Positions 28,904-39,533 of a DNA stretch of 56,057 nucleotides are shown here, piece after piece. The stretch's first letter is position 1; each line of letters begins with the position of its first letter. Source of the stretch: an uncultured bacterium (GTDB lineage Bacteria; Patescibacteriota; Minisyncoccia; Phycocordibacterales; CAIZLB01); NCBI GenBank assembly GCA_903821355.1, contig CAIJKW010000049.1, positions 1 to 56,057 on the forward strand, read 5' to 3'. The position numbers were made by a program, and so were the translations under genes. Under the pieces are notes generated by a model, which had not been told where the DNA came from, searched no databases, and worked only from the letters and a program-made list of their open reading frames with translations.

Positions 28904-29866
28904 ATGATAAAAAAATATACAAATAAATTTAAAAGCAAAAGAAATGGAGACTCAAATTTTGAGGATAATATAAACAAAGATACCTCCATAGAAAAAGAAT
29001 CTGTTTTTGCAAAAAAGACTCTGGGACAAAATTTCTTAAAATCACAAAAAGCTCTTAATCAAATTATTGAGGCAGCAGGTGATTTAAATGGCAAAACAGT
29101 CCTTGAAATTGGCCCTGGAATGGGATCACTTACAGAGAGGCTGGTCAAAACTTCCGCCCAAAAAATAGTTTTGATAGAAATGGATGATAGATTAATACCA
29201 ATACTTCAAGAAAAATTTGCTGGGGAAATAAAATCTGGAAAAATTAAAATTATTCACGATGATATTATGAAAGTTGATTTAAAATCTCTGGGCTTCAAAA
29301 AAGGTGACTACAGTCTAATTGCAAACATTCCATACTATATTACAGGAGCTATTATAAGAAATGTCATTGGTGGAGACACTTATCCAGAAAAGGCTGTCGT
29401 ATTAGTGCAAAAAGAAGTTGCGGAAAGAATTATTGCGAGAGACAAAAAAGAAAGCATTCTATCAATCGCAATAAAAGTAATCGGCTTGCCAAAAATAATA
29501 GACAAGGTTCCAAAGGGGGCATTCGTTCCATCGCCAAAAGTTGACTCTGCAATACTTTTGATTGATCAGATTTCCAAAGACTTTTTTTTAGCAAAATCAA
29601 ATGACACAAAACTAGAAAACAAAAAAGATAACGTCAGTGACGCCAAAAAAAAGGTGATGGTAGAAAATAAAGAAAAAAGATTCTTTGATATTTTGCACGC
29701 TGGATTTGCGCATAAGAGAAAATTATTAAAAAGTAATTTGGAGGAAAAAAAGATTTTTGAAGACGCAAAAAAAGCTTTGCTGATTTGTGATATCAAACAA
29801 GATGCGCGAGCGGAAAAATTAACACTTGAACAGTGGAAAAAATTGTCATCTATTGATATACTTTAG
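28904..29866 (+). CDS. rsmA: 16S rRNA dimethyltransferase RsmA/KsgA
   Basis: KKTLGQNFL, LEIGPGMGSLT, ANIPYYIT, QKEVAERI, FVPSPKVDS. Confidence 0.97.
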   Translation: MIKKYTNKFKSKRNGDSNFEDNINKDTSIEKESVFAKKTLGQNFLKSQKALNQIIEAAGDLNGKTVLEIGPGMGSLTERLVKTSAQKIVLIEMDDRLIPILQEKFAGEIKSGKIKIIHDDIMKVDLKSLGFKKGDYSLIANIPYYITGAIIRNVIGGDTYPEKAVVLVQKEVAERIIARDKKESILSIAIKVIGLPKIIDKVPKGAFVPSPKVDSAILLIDQISKDFFLAKSNDTKLENKKDNVSDAKKKVMVENKEKRFFDILHAGFAHKRKLLKSNLEEKKIFEDAKKALLICDIKQDARAEKLTLEQWKKLSSIDIL

Positions 29867-29868
29867 TT

Positions 29869-30720
29869 GTGAAAAATTCAATCGCTAGTAAAAATTCTCA
29901 TAATAAAGTTTTAATACTTGGAGCGATTTGCGTTTCTATTGTGACAGGGGTTTTATCGTACAAAATAGCTGATCTAAAAAGCCAACAAATTTTAGACGAA
30001 TCAAGTAAAAACGCTAGGGCTTTTAATATAACTGGGGACATTAACGATGAAGTAACAAATAAGATATTATCCGCAGTGGACAACTCGAATCAATTAATTG
30101 ACACGCCAACAAATTCTGACGACCCCTTCACAATAACAGACAAAGACACTGCAACCTCAAGAATGGCGAAACAGGTCTATTCTGATTATGTGAATCAAGA
30201 GGCTGGGAATAGTGATTTGACCGTTTCAGATATAGCCCAAAACGCAATATCACAAATCTCGTCTAGTGATTTACCAAGTTCAAAGTACAATCTAAACAGT
30301 ATTTCATACATAACAGACCTATCTAATGAAAGCATCAGGTTGTATGGAAATAATTTTGCGGAAATATACAAGAGAAACCTAACCAAAGTTGCACAAGACC
30401 AAAATAAATATTCAAACAGTTTGTCAGCCCTAGCTGATGTTTATGAAAATATAAGCAAAGAACTGATAAAAATAAAGGTTCCAACACAAATAGCAAGTTC
30501 TCATTTAGCTGTTATTAATAATTTTCAAATAATGGCAGATTCTTTTAGGTTGATTGACACCCAGAGTCAAGATCCTGTTAAATCACTTCTTGGGGTCAAA
30601 TCAGCAAAAGAAGCAAGTGATGATAATGATCAAATGTTCATAAACATTGGCAAGTATTTTAAAAACAGTGGTATAATATTTGGTAATAATGAGGTTGGAT
30701 CAATTTGGAATGTAAATTAA
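29869..30720 (+). CDS. Membrane-anchored helical hypothetical protein at the head of the T4SS-like cluster
   Basis: GTG start 6 nt after TATACT; one N-terminal TM. Confidence 0.75.
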   Translation: MKNSIASKNSHNKVLILGAICVSIVTGVLSYKIADLKSQQILDESSKNARAFNITGDINDEVTNKILSAVDNSNQLIDTPTNSDDPFTITDKDTATSRMAKQVYSDYVNQEAGNSDLTVSDIAQNAISQISSSDLPSSKYNLNSISYITDLSNESIRLYGNNFAEIYKRNLTKVAQDQNKYSNSLSALADVYENISKELIKIKVPTQIASSHLAVINNFQIMADSFRLIDTQSQDPVKSLLGVKSAKEASDDNDQMFINIGKYFKNSGIIFGNNEVGSIWNVN

Positions 30721-30729
30721 TTATTTAAA

Positions 30730-32562
30730 ATGAAGATAAGTCAAAACAACAAAAAAATTATACTCGCAACGCTTTTTTTTGTACTATTTATTGGCTTAGC
30801 AAAAGAATTGCAGGCTCAAACAGCGTCCGCAGATTTACCATCATGGTGGGTGCCAGGAACTGGGGTGACGCCACAGAACCCTGTTTACAATGGCGCCGTG
30901 CAAGATCCCAATGCTTTTAACAATGGGGCCAACTGGAATTCTTCGCCAGACGTATCGACTTTTAAAACGTCACCAGACGGATCAGTTGATTCAAGTATAC
31001 CCAGAGCAACAGTAGTAGATACATCAGGAGCAAGCAGTGCTACAGCAAACGGAAGCAACACTGGTGCAAAAACAGTTGCAGCATCACCCAGCTCAGCGCA
31101 AGGTGGTGGATCTTGTGTTGCAGGAGCAATGCTTGCACGGTTGTTATCTAGCTCAATTTCTTCAGCCCTTGGCATGGGAACAAAAGCTGCTACTGGTGTA
31201 ACAACAGCGGCAGAAAAAGTGGCTAATGTTCCAGTAACGATAGCTGGAACACAAGCGGCGAGAAATCAAGAGGCTGCAACTAACGCTCACACAGGTTCAT
31301 TTAGTCTGTTTGGCATTCAAACAGGAGTTAGTTGGGATACTATTGGATACTGTATTGTAAACACAATTATTGACTATATAGTTAATTCAACTATTGCATG
31401 GGCAAATTCAGGTTTTAAGGGAAATCCAGCTTTTATTAGAAATCCAGAACAGTTCTTTAAGCAATTAGCCGACAGAGAAGCTTCTATGTTTATACAAGAA
31501 CTAGCTTATGACACAACAGGACTTAACGTTTGTAAGCCATTCAGAGTTGTAATCGCCACAGGTTTAGCTGGTAGTTACTCAAGAATGAACGGTAATTACC
31601 AAAATTCTTGTTCGTTAAGCCAGATGCAACAAAACATGATGCAATCAGGAAGGTATACTATAACAACACCAACCGACTGGATCGCACTGACACAGCCACA
31701 AAACAACGCCTACTATTCATACATTAGCGCAAGTAATGAGTTGAGCAAAAGGATTGCGATTAAAAACAATACCGCGAGATTTGACTTAACTATTAACAGA
31801 GGTTTTTTGAGCAAGAAAAAATGTAAAGATGATAGCAAACCAGAAAGTAAGACAAACCCATGTGATACCACAACACCAGGAAGTGTAATAGCAGATTCTT
31901 TGTCTCAAACATTAAATATTCCAAAAGAAAGACTTGTTTCTGCACAAAAATTTGACCAAATGGTAGATGCAATCGTCAACAATCTAATTAAAATAGCATT
32001 GAGCGATGTACTTACAAAAGTTACTGGACAAGCTCCGTCAGCGCCTATGGCTTCAGATTATTATACAACAGTAGCAAATACAGCTACCTATAATTCTTCT
32101 AGCTACACTAACGGAGGGGCTCTTCTAGGAACCCCTGGTTCTGGAGGTGGAACACTAGCAAACAATGCCTTGGTTGTACAAAATCCTGATGGGTCATACT
32201 CACTAACTACAAATCGTTTGTCATTAGACACAGATGGTATTGCAAACCCTGGGGTTGATCCGACCACACACCAAGGACAGACATCTTATGGTCACGGTCT
32301 TTCTACTTATGACAATTATGTTGTTGTACCAGATAACTCACCAATAGCACTTGGAACAGCCGTCATTATTACAGACCCATCAACGGGACAGCAAGTAACT
32401 GCAATAGTGGGTGATCACGGAGGTTCTCAAGGTCATGGAGAAGTATCTATTGGAGTGGCTAATGCTTTTAATATTTATCCCGGTGGAGACAACATTAACA
32501 GTAGACAACTTCAATTTACTTATACAAACCAGCCACTTGGATACATTCCCAAAGGAAGATAG
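30730..32562 (+). CDS. Secreted T4SS-cluster protein with C-terminal GH75-like domain
   Basis: Signal peptide, Ala/Ser/Thr linkers, Cys-containing core (WANSGFKGNPAF), C-terminal LDTDG...YVVVP...LG...IVGDHG...GEVSIGVA. Confidence 0.7.
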   Translation: MKISQNNKKIILATLFFVLFIGLAKELQAQTASADLPSWWVPGTGVTPQNPVYNGAVQDPNAFNNGANWNSSPDVSTFKTSPDGSVDSSIPRATVVDTSGASSATANGSNTGAKTVAASPSSAQGGGSCVAGAMLARLLSSSISSALGMGTKAATGVTTAAEKVANVPVTIAGTQAARNQEAATNAHTGSFSLFGIQTGVSWDTIGYCIVNTIIDYIVNSTIAWANSGFKGNPAFIRNPEQFFKQLADREASMFIQELAYDTTGLNVCKPFRVVIATGLAGSYSRMNGNYQNSCSLSQMQQNMMQSGRYTITTPTDWIALTQPQNNAYYSYISASNELSKRIAIKNNTARFDLTINRGFLSKKKCKDDSKPESKTNPCDTTTPGSVIADSLSQTLNIPKERLVSAQKFDQMVDAIVNNLIKIALSDVLTKVTGQAPSAPMASDYYTTVANTATYNSSSYTNGGALLGTPGSGGGTLANNALVVQNPDGSYSLTTNRLSLDTDGIANPGVDPTTHQGQTSYGHGLSTYDNYVVVPDNSPIALGTAVIITDPSTGQQVTAIVGDHGGSQGHGEVSIGVANAFNIYPGGDNINSRQLQFTYTNQPLGYIPKGR

Positions 32563-32761
32563 AGAGTGAACATAATAATGAAAAAATTATTTTTTGTATC
32601 AAATCCACAAGTTGACAAAAAATAGCCTATTATTTTGTTCAAGATGATATATAATATTAAAGAATAGAGTTGATTAGAAAAATCAATAATATAGATATGC
32701 AATAATATTGGGGAGGGTGTAATTAGGTATTTTATTTGAGAGAGTGAATTAAATTTTTAAA

Positions 32762-35281
32762 ATGAAGATAATAAATAATAAAAATAAAATATGGATGATG
32801 TTTTTTGTTTTTATTATTACAATATTGATCACGACACAGAAAGCATATGCTGACGATCCACTACCACTTCCAGCAACATCAGCGTTAACAGCCCAAGATG
32901 AGGCTAATGCCGCTAATCTAAGCAAGGAAATTTCACAAATTGCAAATGGACAAAATACAAACTCCTCTATTACGGGATATAAAGGTGCTTCGTTTGACCA
33001 GGGTTCGTTTTACGACACCAAGACGGGCTCTATAATTAGCAACTTCGCGGGTAACAACCCAAATTTAACCAATGCGATAATTACTGGTGCGGGAGGATTA
33101 CTTATCCCAGGTGGCGGTGCTGCTGTTGCTGGATATGTTGCCCCTTCCATTACTAAAGTTGCAGCGGGTCCTGTAAAACAGCAACCTGAAGAAATTTTTT
33201 GTTTTAAAACCACTGTGGGAATACCAACAGATGTTAGCATACCCGGTTGTATAGCCATCACATCATATTTTATACTATACCTCACCTCCTGGGTTCTTTT
33301 TGTAGCAGCGGTAGCTTTTGATTGGACGATTCAGTGGTCTCTTTCAATGTATGGCATTATTAATAGTTTTCAAGCGATACAATATGGCTGGGAAACCCTT
33401 AGAAATGTTATAAATTTATTTTTCATATTAATACTTGTATATATCGCGATAGCTACAATTTTGCGAATAGAAAATTATGGTTATAAAAAACTATTGAGCA
33501 AACTAGTTCTTGCGGTTTTCTTAATAAATTTTAGTATGTTCTTCACTAAGATTATAATTGACGCAAGCAACATAACTGCGCTTGTTTTTTATAAACAGAT
33601 AATGATTGATGCCCAAAAAGCTGGTGCAGGAGCCACAACAGGAGGTCTTGGATCGAGTTCTGCCGCAGGCGCAACAAACCAATGGCTATCTTTTGGAATA
33701 ATGAACTCTCTTGGTCTATCAAGTGTTTGGGGTGTTGCTCAATCGAGTGGTGGATCAGGTTTAATGGGACCAGGATCATCTGGGACGATAAGCAACAATC
33801 CCGCTGTAGATGCTGGGAACCTTTTAGCCACCTCAACAGGAGTTCCAAAGGTAACAGATCCGTGGACCATGACCTTGGTTGGACTGGGTGGCTCTGTTTT
33901 TGTATTAATTCTGGCTTTTGTGTTCTTTGCTACAACAATAATGTTATTACTCAGGGTTGTTGCCTTAATACTTCTAATAATAACTTCTCCAGCAGCCTTC
34001 GCAGCAGGGGTTTTACCAAAAACATCCAAATGGTCTGATAAGTGGTGGAGTCACCTAACCAACAATGCACTGTTTGCACCTGTTTATATGATGCTATTGT
34101 TTGTTACACTTAAAATGATTTGGGGTGGAAGCACCAGAGTAAACACTAGCCTTTTAGCTTTATTTACAAACTCAGATAGCAGCGCAATACAAGCAATAAT
34201 CTTTTTTGTTCTATTGTGTTCAATGTTGATTGCCTGTCTTACTGTTGCTACATCATTTGGTACGATGGGGTCAAAGATGGTTGGTGGTTGGGGAAAAAGC
34301 ATGGGAGGAAAAGCTACGGATTGGACAAAAAAATATGCAAAAAGCAGGGCCTTTGCTCCTGTTAGTTATTTAGCTGACAAAGCTTCTAAGAGCCAGTTCC
34401 TTTCAAGGGTGCCTGGTGGGGGAATTATTTTGCAGAATGCAGACAAATTAGCTCAAGCCAAAGTTGGTGGTTCAAGTTATAGATCAAGGGTTGAGGCCGA
34501 CAAAAAGACTTACAAAACAAGAGGTGATTTAATAAAAAATGCCAACACAGGGGAGTTAATGAGAAAAGTTGGGGAGACCGAAGCGCAGTTTAAGGATAGA
34601 AAATCAAGACAGGAAAATTCTGGTAAGGAAGCTCACAAAAAATATTTTGGTATTGATCTAGAGGACGGAACCAGAAAATCAAACTTTATTTACAAAGGAA
34701 AATCTCAAGCAAGAGAAGATATTATGGAAGCCAATAGTAAACTTAAGGAAGACCAGAGTGGAAAGATAATAAAACAAACAAAGGAAGCCATGGCTAAAAC
34801 TGTGAATACTGAATTGATTGAAGCCGTGAGAGGTTTAAGCGCTGCTGACGCAGACATGATTAAAAAACATATTGAAAATAAGATGACAACCAAAGAGGTA
34901 GATGATGGAGCTGGAAACAAAAGAAAGATTCTAGATGTTGATAATAAAGATAAGAAAATGGAAAACGATGAATGGTTTGCTCTCCTTGAGAGAATTGAAG
35001 AACCAATGAAAAGGGTGGCGAAGGAGGTTAGGATTAATGAAGACAAAATGGTGACTTTGATGGATAACAACAGAACAGCTAACGATTCGGACAAAAAGAA
35101 AAATGATCTTGAATATGAAGCATTGAGAGTAAAAACAGACATGTTAAAGAGTAGAATTACAAATGTTGGAAACATAAGAACAAAAATTGAAACTGGGGTG
35201 AAAAGAATCGAAGACACCGAAATACAAAAAGGTACCAAAGCAGCTATTGAAAAAAATGTTCCACCGCCAACAGCTAAATAA
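32762..35281 (+). CDS. VirB6/TrbL-like polytopic membrane protein
   Basis: Many TM segments, WETLRNVINLFFI, LINFSMFFTKIIID, R..AL..LIITSPAAF, WSDKWW; long charged cytoplasmic tail. Confidence 0.78.
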   Translation: MKIINNKNKIWMMFFVFIITILITTQKAYADDPLPLPATSALTAQDEANAANLSKEISQIANGQNTNSSITGYKGASFDQGSFYDTKTGSIISNFAGNNPNLTNAIITGAGGLLIPGGGAAVAGYVAPSITKVAAGPVKQQPEEIFCFKTTVGIPTDVSIPGCIAITSYFILYLTSWVLFVAAVAFDWTIQWSLSMYGIINSFQAIQYGWETLRNVINLFFILILVYIAIATILRIENYGYKKLLSKLVLAVFLINFSMFFTKIIIDASNITALVFYKQIMIDAQKAGAGATTGGLGSSSAAGATNQWLSFGIMNSLGLSSVWGVAQSSGGSGLMGPGSSGTISNNPAVDAGNLLATSTGVPKVTDPWTMTLVGLGGSVFVLILAFVFFATTIMLLLRVVALILLIITSPAAFAAGVLPKTSKWSDKWWSHLTNNALFAPVYMMLLFVTLKMIWGGSTRVNTSLLALFTNSDSSAIQAIIFFVLLCSMLIACLTVATSFGTMGSKMVGGWGKSMGGKATDWTKKYAKSRAFAPVSYLADKASKSQFLSRVPGGGIILQNADKLAQAKVGGSSYRSRVEADKKTYKTRGDLIKNANTGELMRKVGETEAQFKDRKSRQENSGKEAHKKYFGIDLEDGTRKSNFIYKGKSQAREDIMEANSKLKEDQSGKIIKQTKEAMAKTVNTELIEAVRGLSAADADMIKKHIENKMTTKEVDDGAGNKRKILDVDNKDKKMENDEWFALLERIEEPMKRVAKEVRINEDKMVTLMDNNRTANDSDKKKNDLEYEALRVKTDMLKSRITNVGNIRTKIETGVKRIEDTEIQKGTKAAIEKNVPPPTAK

Positions 35282-35295
35282 AACAAACAACAACC

Positions 35296-36066
35296 ATGAT
35301 TAAATTTACAGAATCAGATATAAAAAATAAAATAGATTCATTACCAAATGAACTAAGGGAAAAACTTCTTTTTTTGGCGTATGATAATAGTTTTGTAAGT
35401 ATAATAAATTATAGAAGTGTTAAAACCCAAGATGTAATTAATGAGATTGATTACGCAACAAGAATGACAGCTCTTGGTTTTTCTTCAAAACAAGAGTTGT
35501 TTGACGCTATTAGTGGGGCTGCTGAGGATGAGGACGAAACCAGACATATCTTTGGAGAAATAGACAGTACAATACTTGTCCCCAACAATCTTCAGGGGGC
35601 GCCAGAAGAGACCGCTTCAAAAGATACAAGTGAACCTGAGGAAGAGGGTGTTGGCATGACAGAAGATGTTGAACCTAAAAAAACAGAGGTTGTGGATAAA
35701 TATTCAGATAGCAATAATACAACAGAAACAGCTGAAGATATTTTAAAAGAGATTGAAAATCCAACACCATCTCCTCTAATCCTTCCAATTATTAAACCCC
35801 TTCCTGAAACTATTACAAACGTTATCGCGACAGCAGAAGCTCCAAAAACAGAATTAGCACAACCAAGTAATGATGGGGCGCTTACACTGACACCTACACC
35901 AACCTCCACACCAGCACCCACACTTACTCCAACATCCACACTCACTCCACCACCCACAACAACTCCAAATAAAGAATCCCAATTAGACTCAAAACTAACA
36001 GAACCGGTTGTACAAACAGCAAAATCGACATACTATAAAGTAGACCCTTATAGAGAACAAATGTAA
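35296..36066 (+). CDS. Hypothetical protein with Pro/Thr linker and C-terminal DPYRE motif
   Basis: Helical N-terminus, (TP)n tract, ends KVDPYREQM. Confidence 0.75.
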   Translation: MIKFTESDIKNKIDSLPNELREKLLFLAYDNSFVSIINYRSVKTQDVINEIDYATRMTALGFSSKQELFDAISGAAEDEDETRHIFGEIDSTILVPNNLQGAPEETASKDTSEPEEEGVGMTEDVEPKKTEVVDKYSDSNNTTETAEDILKEIENPTPSPLILPIIKPLPETITNVIATAEAPKTELAQPSNDGALTLTPTPTSTPAPTLTPTSTLTPPPTTTPNKESQLDSKLTEPVVQTAKSTYYKVDPYREQM

Positions 36067-36114
36067 AAACACCACAAATGTGGTGGCTAGAAAAAATAAA
36101 CTTTTTTAAACAAC

Positions 36115-36462
36115 ATGACAGCAACATCAATAGAAAGAAATACGGAAAAATTTGCAAGCCTTCCGCTTGATTATCAAGAGGCAATAAAAACCAGTGATTA
36201 CGATGAGGCTCTTAACTTGATAACCAAAGAACATAAACTTCACATAGATCAGTCGGCAACACTTGAATCTTTGTTGGCAAAACTAATTTTTGGAGAAATA
36301 GAATCAGGAAATATGATTTCTGAAATAGAGACCAATTTGCATATAGGAAATGCAGAGTCTGTAAAAATAACCTTGGAGCTTAATGAGTTGATTATTAAAC
36401 CGATTAAGGAAAATCTGAAGAATATTCAGACAAAAACACACACAAAAGAGGACGGCGAATAA
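36115..36462 (+). CDS. Small helical hypothetical protein resembling the N-terminus of the previous ORF
   Basis: KFASLPLDYQEAI versus KIDSLPNELREKL. Confidence 0.7.
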   Translation: MTATSIERNTEKFASLPLDYQEAIKTSDYDEALNLITKEHKLHIDQSATLESLLAKLIFGEIESGNMISEIETNLHIGNAESVKITLELNELIIKPIKENLKNIQTKTHTKEDGE

Positions 36463-36488
36463 TTGTCGTGCTATAATTGTTTTGATAT

Positions 36489-36926
36489 ATGAGATATCAG
36501 ACACCACAATTTATTGAAGAGGATGAAAAACTGTTTGGACCTTTTACATTTAGACAGTTTGTATATTTAGTTGGAGGTCTTGGTATTTCTTTTGTTATAT
36601 ATAGAATGCTTCCATTTTTGTTTGCTCTTTTAATAATCATCCCGATAATGATGCTCGCTTTTGCTTTGGCTTTTTATAGAGTGAATGAAAGGCCGTTCAT
36701 AGACACAGTGGAAGCGGCCTTCTATTTTCTATTTTCTAGCAAGCTCTACACCTACAGAAAAGTCAGCAAACCCATCAACCAAGAAATTGAGAACCCCAAA
36801 ACAAAGGTTGTACCGTTATTTCAACCAGGAATATCTAGCAGTAAATTAAAAGATATGGCTTGGAGTTTGGATATAAATGAAAAAACAAACAGCAGAATTG
36901 GTGATAATGAGAAAATAAATATATAA
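36489..36926 (+). CDS. prgI: PrgI-family (VirB3-like) membrane protein
   Basis: YQTPQFIEEDEKLFGPFTFRQF, two TMs, NERPF. Confidence 0.88.
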   Translation: MRYQTPQFIEEDEKLFGPFTFRQFVYLVGGLGISFVIYRMLPFLFALLIIIPIMMLAFALAFYRVNERPFIDTVEAAFYFLFSSKLYTYRKVSKPINQEIENPKTKVVPLFQPGISSSKLKDMAWSLDINEKTNSRIGDNEKINI

Positions 36927-36934
36927 TTAATAAA

Positions 36935-37597
36935 ATGGCAATAAATAATGAAAACGGATCAAAGCCAGCACAAGATTTTGTACCAATAAAAGAGGTTAGA
37001 GATGGTGTTGTTATATTAAAAGACGGCTCAATGAGAGCTGTTCTTTTGGCTTCGTCTATAAACTTTGCACTAAAATCACCAGAGGAGCAACAATCTGTCT
37101 TGTATCAATTCCAAAATTTCTTAAACTCAATAAACTTTTCAATACAAATATTTGTCCAATCAAGAAGGTTGGATATCGGTCCTTATATAAACCTTCTTGA
37201 GGATAGAATAAAATTCCAATCTAGTGAATTAATGAAGGTTCAAACAAGGGAATACATGGATTTTATTAGAAACCTTACTGAATCAGTAAACATTATGACA
37301 AAGAGCTTCTTTGTTGTTATTCCTTACTCACCCACAATAATAGGAAAAAAAGGAGGTGTTTTTTCTGGTATGTTTGGCGGTAAAAAAGATAAAAAGGAAG
37401 CTGATAACGATGAGTACATGCAGTTTGAGGAATATAAAAGTCAATTACAGCAAAGAGTTGATGTGGTTGAGCAAGGGTTGGTCAGATGTGGTGTTAGAGT
37501 TGCACAACTTGGCACGGAAGAAATTATTGAATTCTTTTACAAACTATTTAATCCTGGAACGGTTGAAAAACCAATTAATATGGATAAATCTGAATAG
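36935..37597 (+). CDS. VirB4 N-terminal-like (TraC/TrsE-type) protein
   Basis: SINFALKSPEEQ...FQNFLNSINFSIQIFVQSR; lies between prgI and the ATPase. Confidence 0.7.
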   Translation: MAINNENGSKPAQDFVPIKEVRDGVVILKDGSMRAVLLASSINFALKSPEEQQSVLYQFQNFLNSINFSIQIFVQSRRLDIGPYINLLEDRIKFQSSELMKVQTREYMDFIRNLTESVNIMTKSFFVVIPYSPTIIGKKGGVFSGMFGGKKDKKEADNDEYMQFEEYKSQLQQRVDVVEQGLVRCGVRVAQLGTEEIIEFFYKLFNPGTVEKPINMDKSE

Positions 37598-37641
37598 TTT
37601 TGGATTTTTTATGCGTTTTAGCGTACAATTAATATAACAAT

Positions 37642-39492
37642 ATGAGTCTACTAGATTTTTTACAAAAACCAAAAAAGGAACAAGCTTCTCCAATTAGCTC
37701 AATTCTTCCAAAAGAAATTTATCAATCTGGTGTCTTGGAACTGCAAGACATAATCGCTCCTTCTGGCCTTAAGATTAGCCCTAAAACAATAAACTTGGGA
37801 GAAAAGATTGTTAGAACTTTCTTTGTTATCTCATACCCAAGATTTTTGTCAGCCAATTGGTTCTCACCAATAATCAACCTAGATAAAGTCTTTGATATCT
37901 CAATTTTTATACATCCAATAGACACAGCAACAATCCTAAGACAGTTTACAAAAAAAGTTGCAGACATTGAGGTTGATATAAGCACCAGAGAGACAAAAGG
38001 CTTGGTTAGAGATCCAAAACTAGACACAGCCTATCAAGACCTAGAAGAGCTCAGAGACAAGCTACAACAAGCACAGGAGAGATTGTTTGACATAGGGCTA
38101 TATATTGCCATCTATGGAGAAAATGAACAGGAATTAGATAAAATCGAGTCTGAAATAAAATCAATTCTTGAATCAAACCTTATTTTCATAAAACCGGCGT
38201 TGTTCCAACAAGAACAAGGATTTCAAAGTGTTTTGCCGATAGGGGAAGACAAGTTAGGGGTTCATTCCAAACTAAACTCTGAGCCTTTATCTAGTATCTT
38301 TCCTTTTATATCCTTTGACCTAACATCGGACAAGGGAATTCTTTATGGTATTAACAGACATAACTCGAGTCTTATACTTTTTGATCGATTTTCTCTAGAA
38401 AACTACAACTCCGTGACTTTTGCAAAAGCTGGTTCTGGTAAATCGTATCAAACAAAGCTAGAGATTATAAGATCAATGATGTTTGACACAGATGTTATTG
38501 TTCTTGATCCAGAAAGAGAGTACGAATATCTTGCAGAAGCAACAGGTGGTAGATATTTTAATATTTCACTAACATCAGAACACCACATTAATCCTTTTGA
38601 CCTGCCAGTTCCAAGAGAAGGTGAATCATCTTCTGATGTTTTAAGGTCTAATATCATCAACCTTGTTGGTTTGTTTAGAATAATGCTCGGAGGTTTAACA
38701 CCAGAAGAGGATGCTGTTATGGATAGAGCTATTACAGAAACCTATGCTCTTAAGGATATTACCCCTGAATCAAACTTTGCAGCAGCTGAACCTCCTTTAA
38801 TGTCAGACTTTGAACTTGTTCTTGGAGGAATGGAGGGTGGAGAATCCTTGGCACAGCGTTTAACAAAATATACAAAAGGTACATGGGCAGGTTTTATAAA
38901 CAGACCATCCAATGTTGATATTAACAAGAAGTTTGTTGTGTTTTCACTCAGAGACATGGAGGAAGAGCTCAAACCTGTTGCGATGTATATTGTTATGCAC
39001 TATATCTGGAACGCAATCAGAAAAGAGTTAAAAAAGAGACTTTTGGTAATTGATGAGGCTTGGTATTTAATGAAATCAGAAGACACAGCCTCGTTTTTAC
39101 TTGGTTTGGCCAAGAGAGGTAGAAAATATTATCTAGGTCTTGCTACAATCACACAAGATGTTGAGGACTTTTTAAAATCCCCCTATGGATTACCAATTAT
39201 TTCAAACTCTTCAATTCAAATTTTATTGAAACAATCTCCTTCGTCAATTGATATTGTTCAAAAAACCTTTAATTTAACCGATGAAGAGAAGTATCTACTC
39301 CTAGAATCTGATGTGGGGGAGGGTATGTTCTTTGCTGGTCTTAAGCATGTTGCCATCAAAGTTATCGCATCTTATACAGAAAACCAAATAATTACATCTA
39401 AACCAGCTGAAGTTCTACAAATCAAGAAAGAAAAAGCTGAACTAGCAGCCCAAAGAACTGAGGAAGCTGAAAATCTAAAAAGGAGTTTATAA
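37642..39492 (+). CDS. virB4: VirB4-family T4SS ATPase
   Basis: GILYGIN, Walker A AKAGSGKS, DPEREY, INPFD, Walker B LLVIDEAW, KRGRKY, TQDVEDF. Confidence 0.93.
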   Translation: MSLLDFLQKPKKEQASPISSILPKEIYQSGVLELQDIIAPSGLKISPKTINLGEKIVRTFFVISYPRFLSANWFSPIINLDKVFDISIFIHPIDTATILRQFTKKVADIEVDISTRETKGLVRDPKLDTAYQDLEELRDKLQQAQERLFDIGLYIAIYGENEQELDKIESEIKSILESNLIFIKPALFQQEQGFQSVLPIGEDKLGVHSKLNSEPLSSIFPFISFDLTSDKGILYGINRHNSSLILFDRFSLENYNSVTFAKAGSGKSYQTKLEIIRSMMFDTDVIVLDPEREYEYLAEATGGRYFNISLTSEHHINPFDLPVPREGESSSDVLRSNIINLVGLFRIMLGGLTPEEDAVMDRAITETYALKDITPESNFAAAEPPLMSDFELVLGGMEGGESLAQRLTKYTKGTWAGFINRPSNVDINKKFVVFSLRDMEEELKPVAMYIVMHYIWNAIRKELKKRLLVIDEAWYLMKSEDTASFLLGLAKRGRKYYLGLATITQDVEDFLKSPYGLPIISNSSIQILLKQSPSSIDIVQKTFNLTDEEKYLLLESDVGEGMFFAGLKHVAIKVIASYTENQIITSKPAEVLQIKKEKAELAAQRTEEAENLKRSL

Positions 39493-39533
39493 GTTGTTTC
39501 TTTATTCTACTCCAATCTGTTATTATATAGGTA

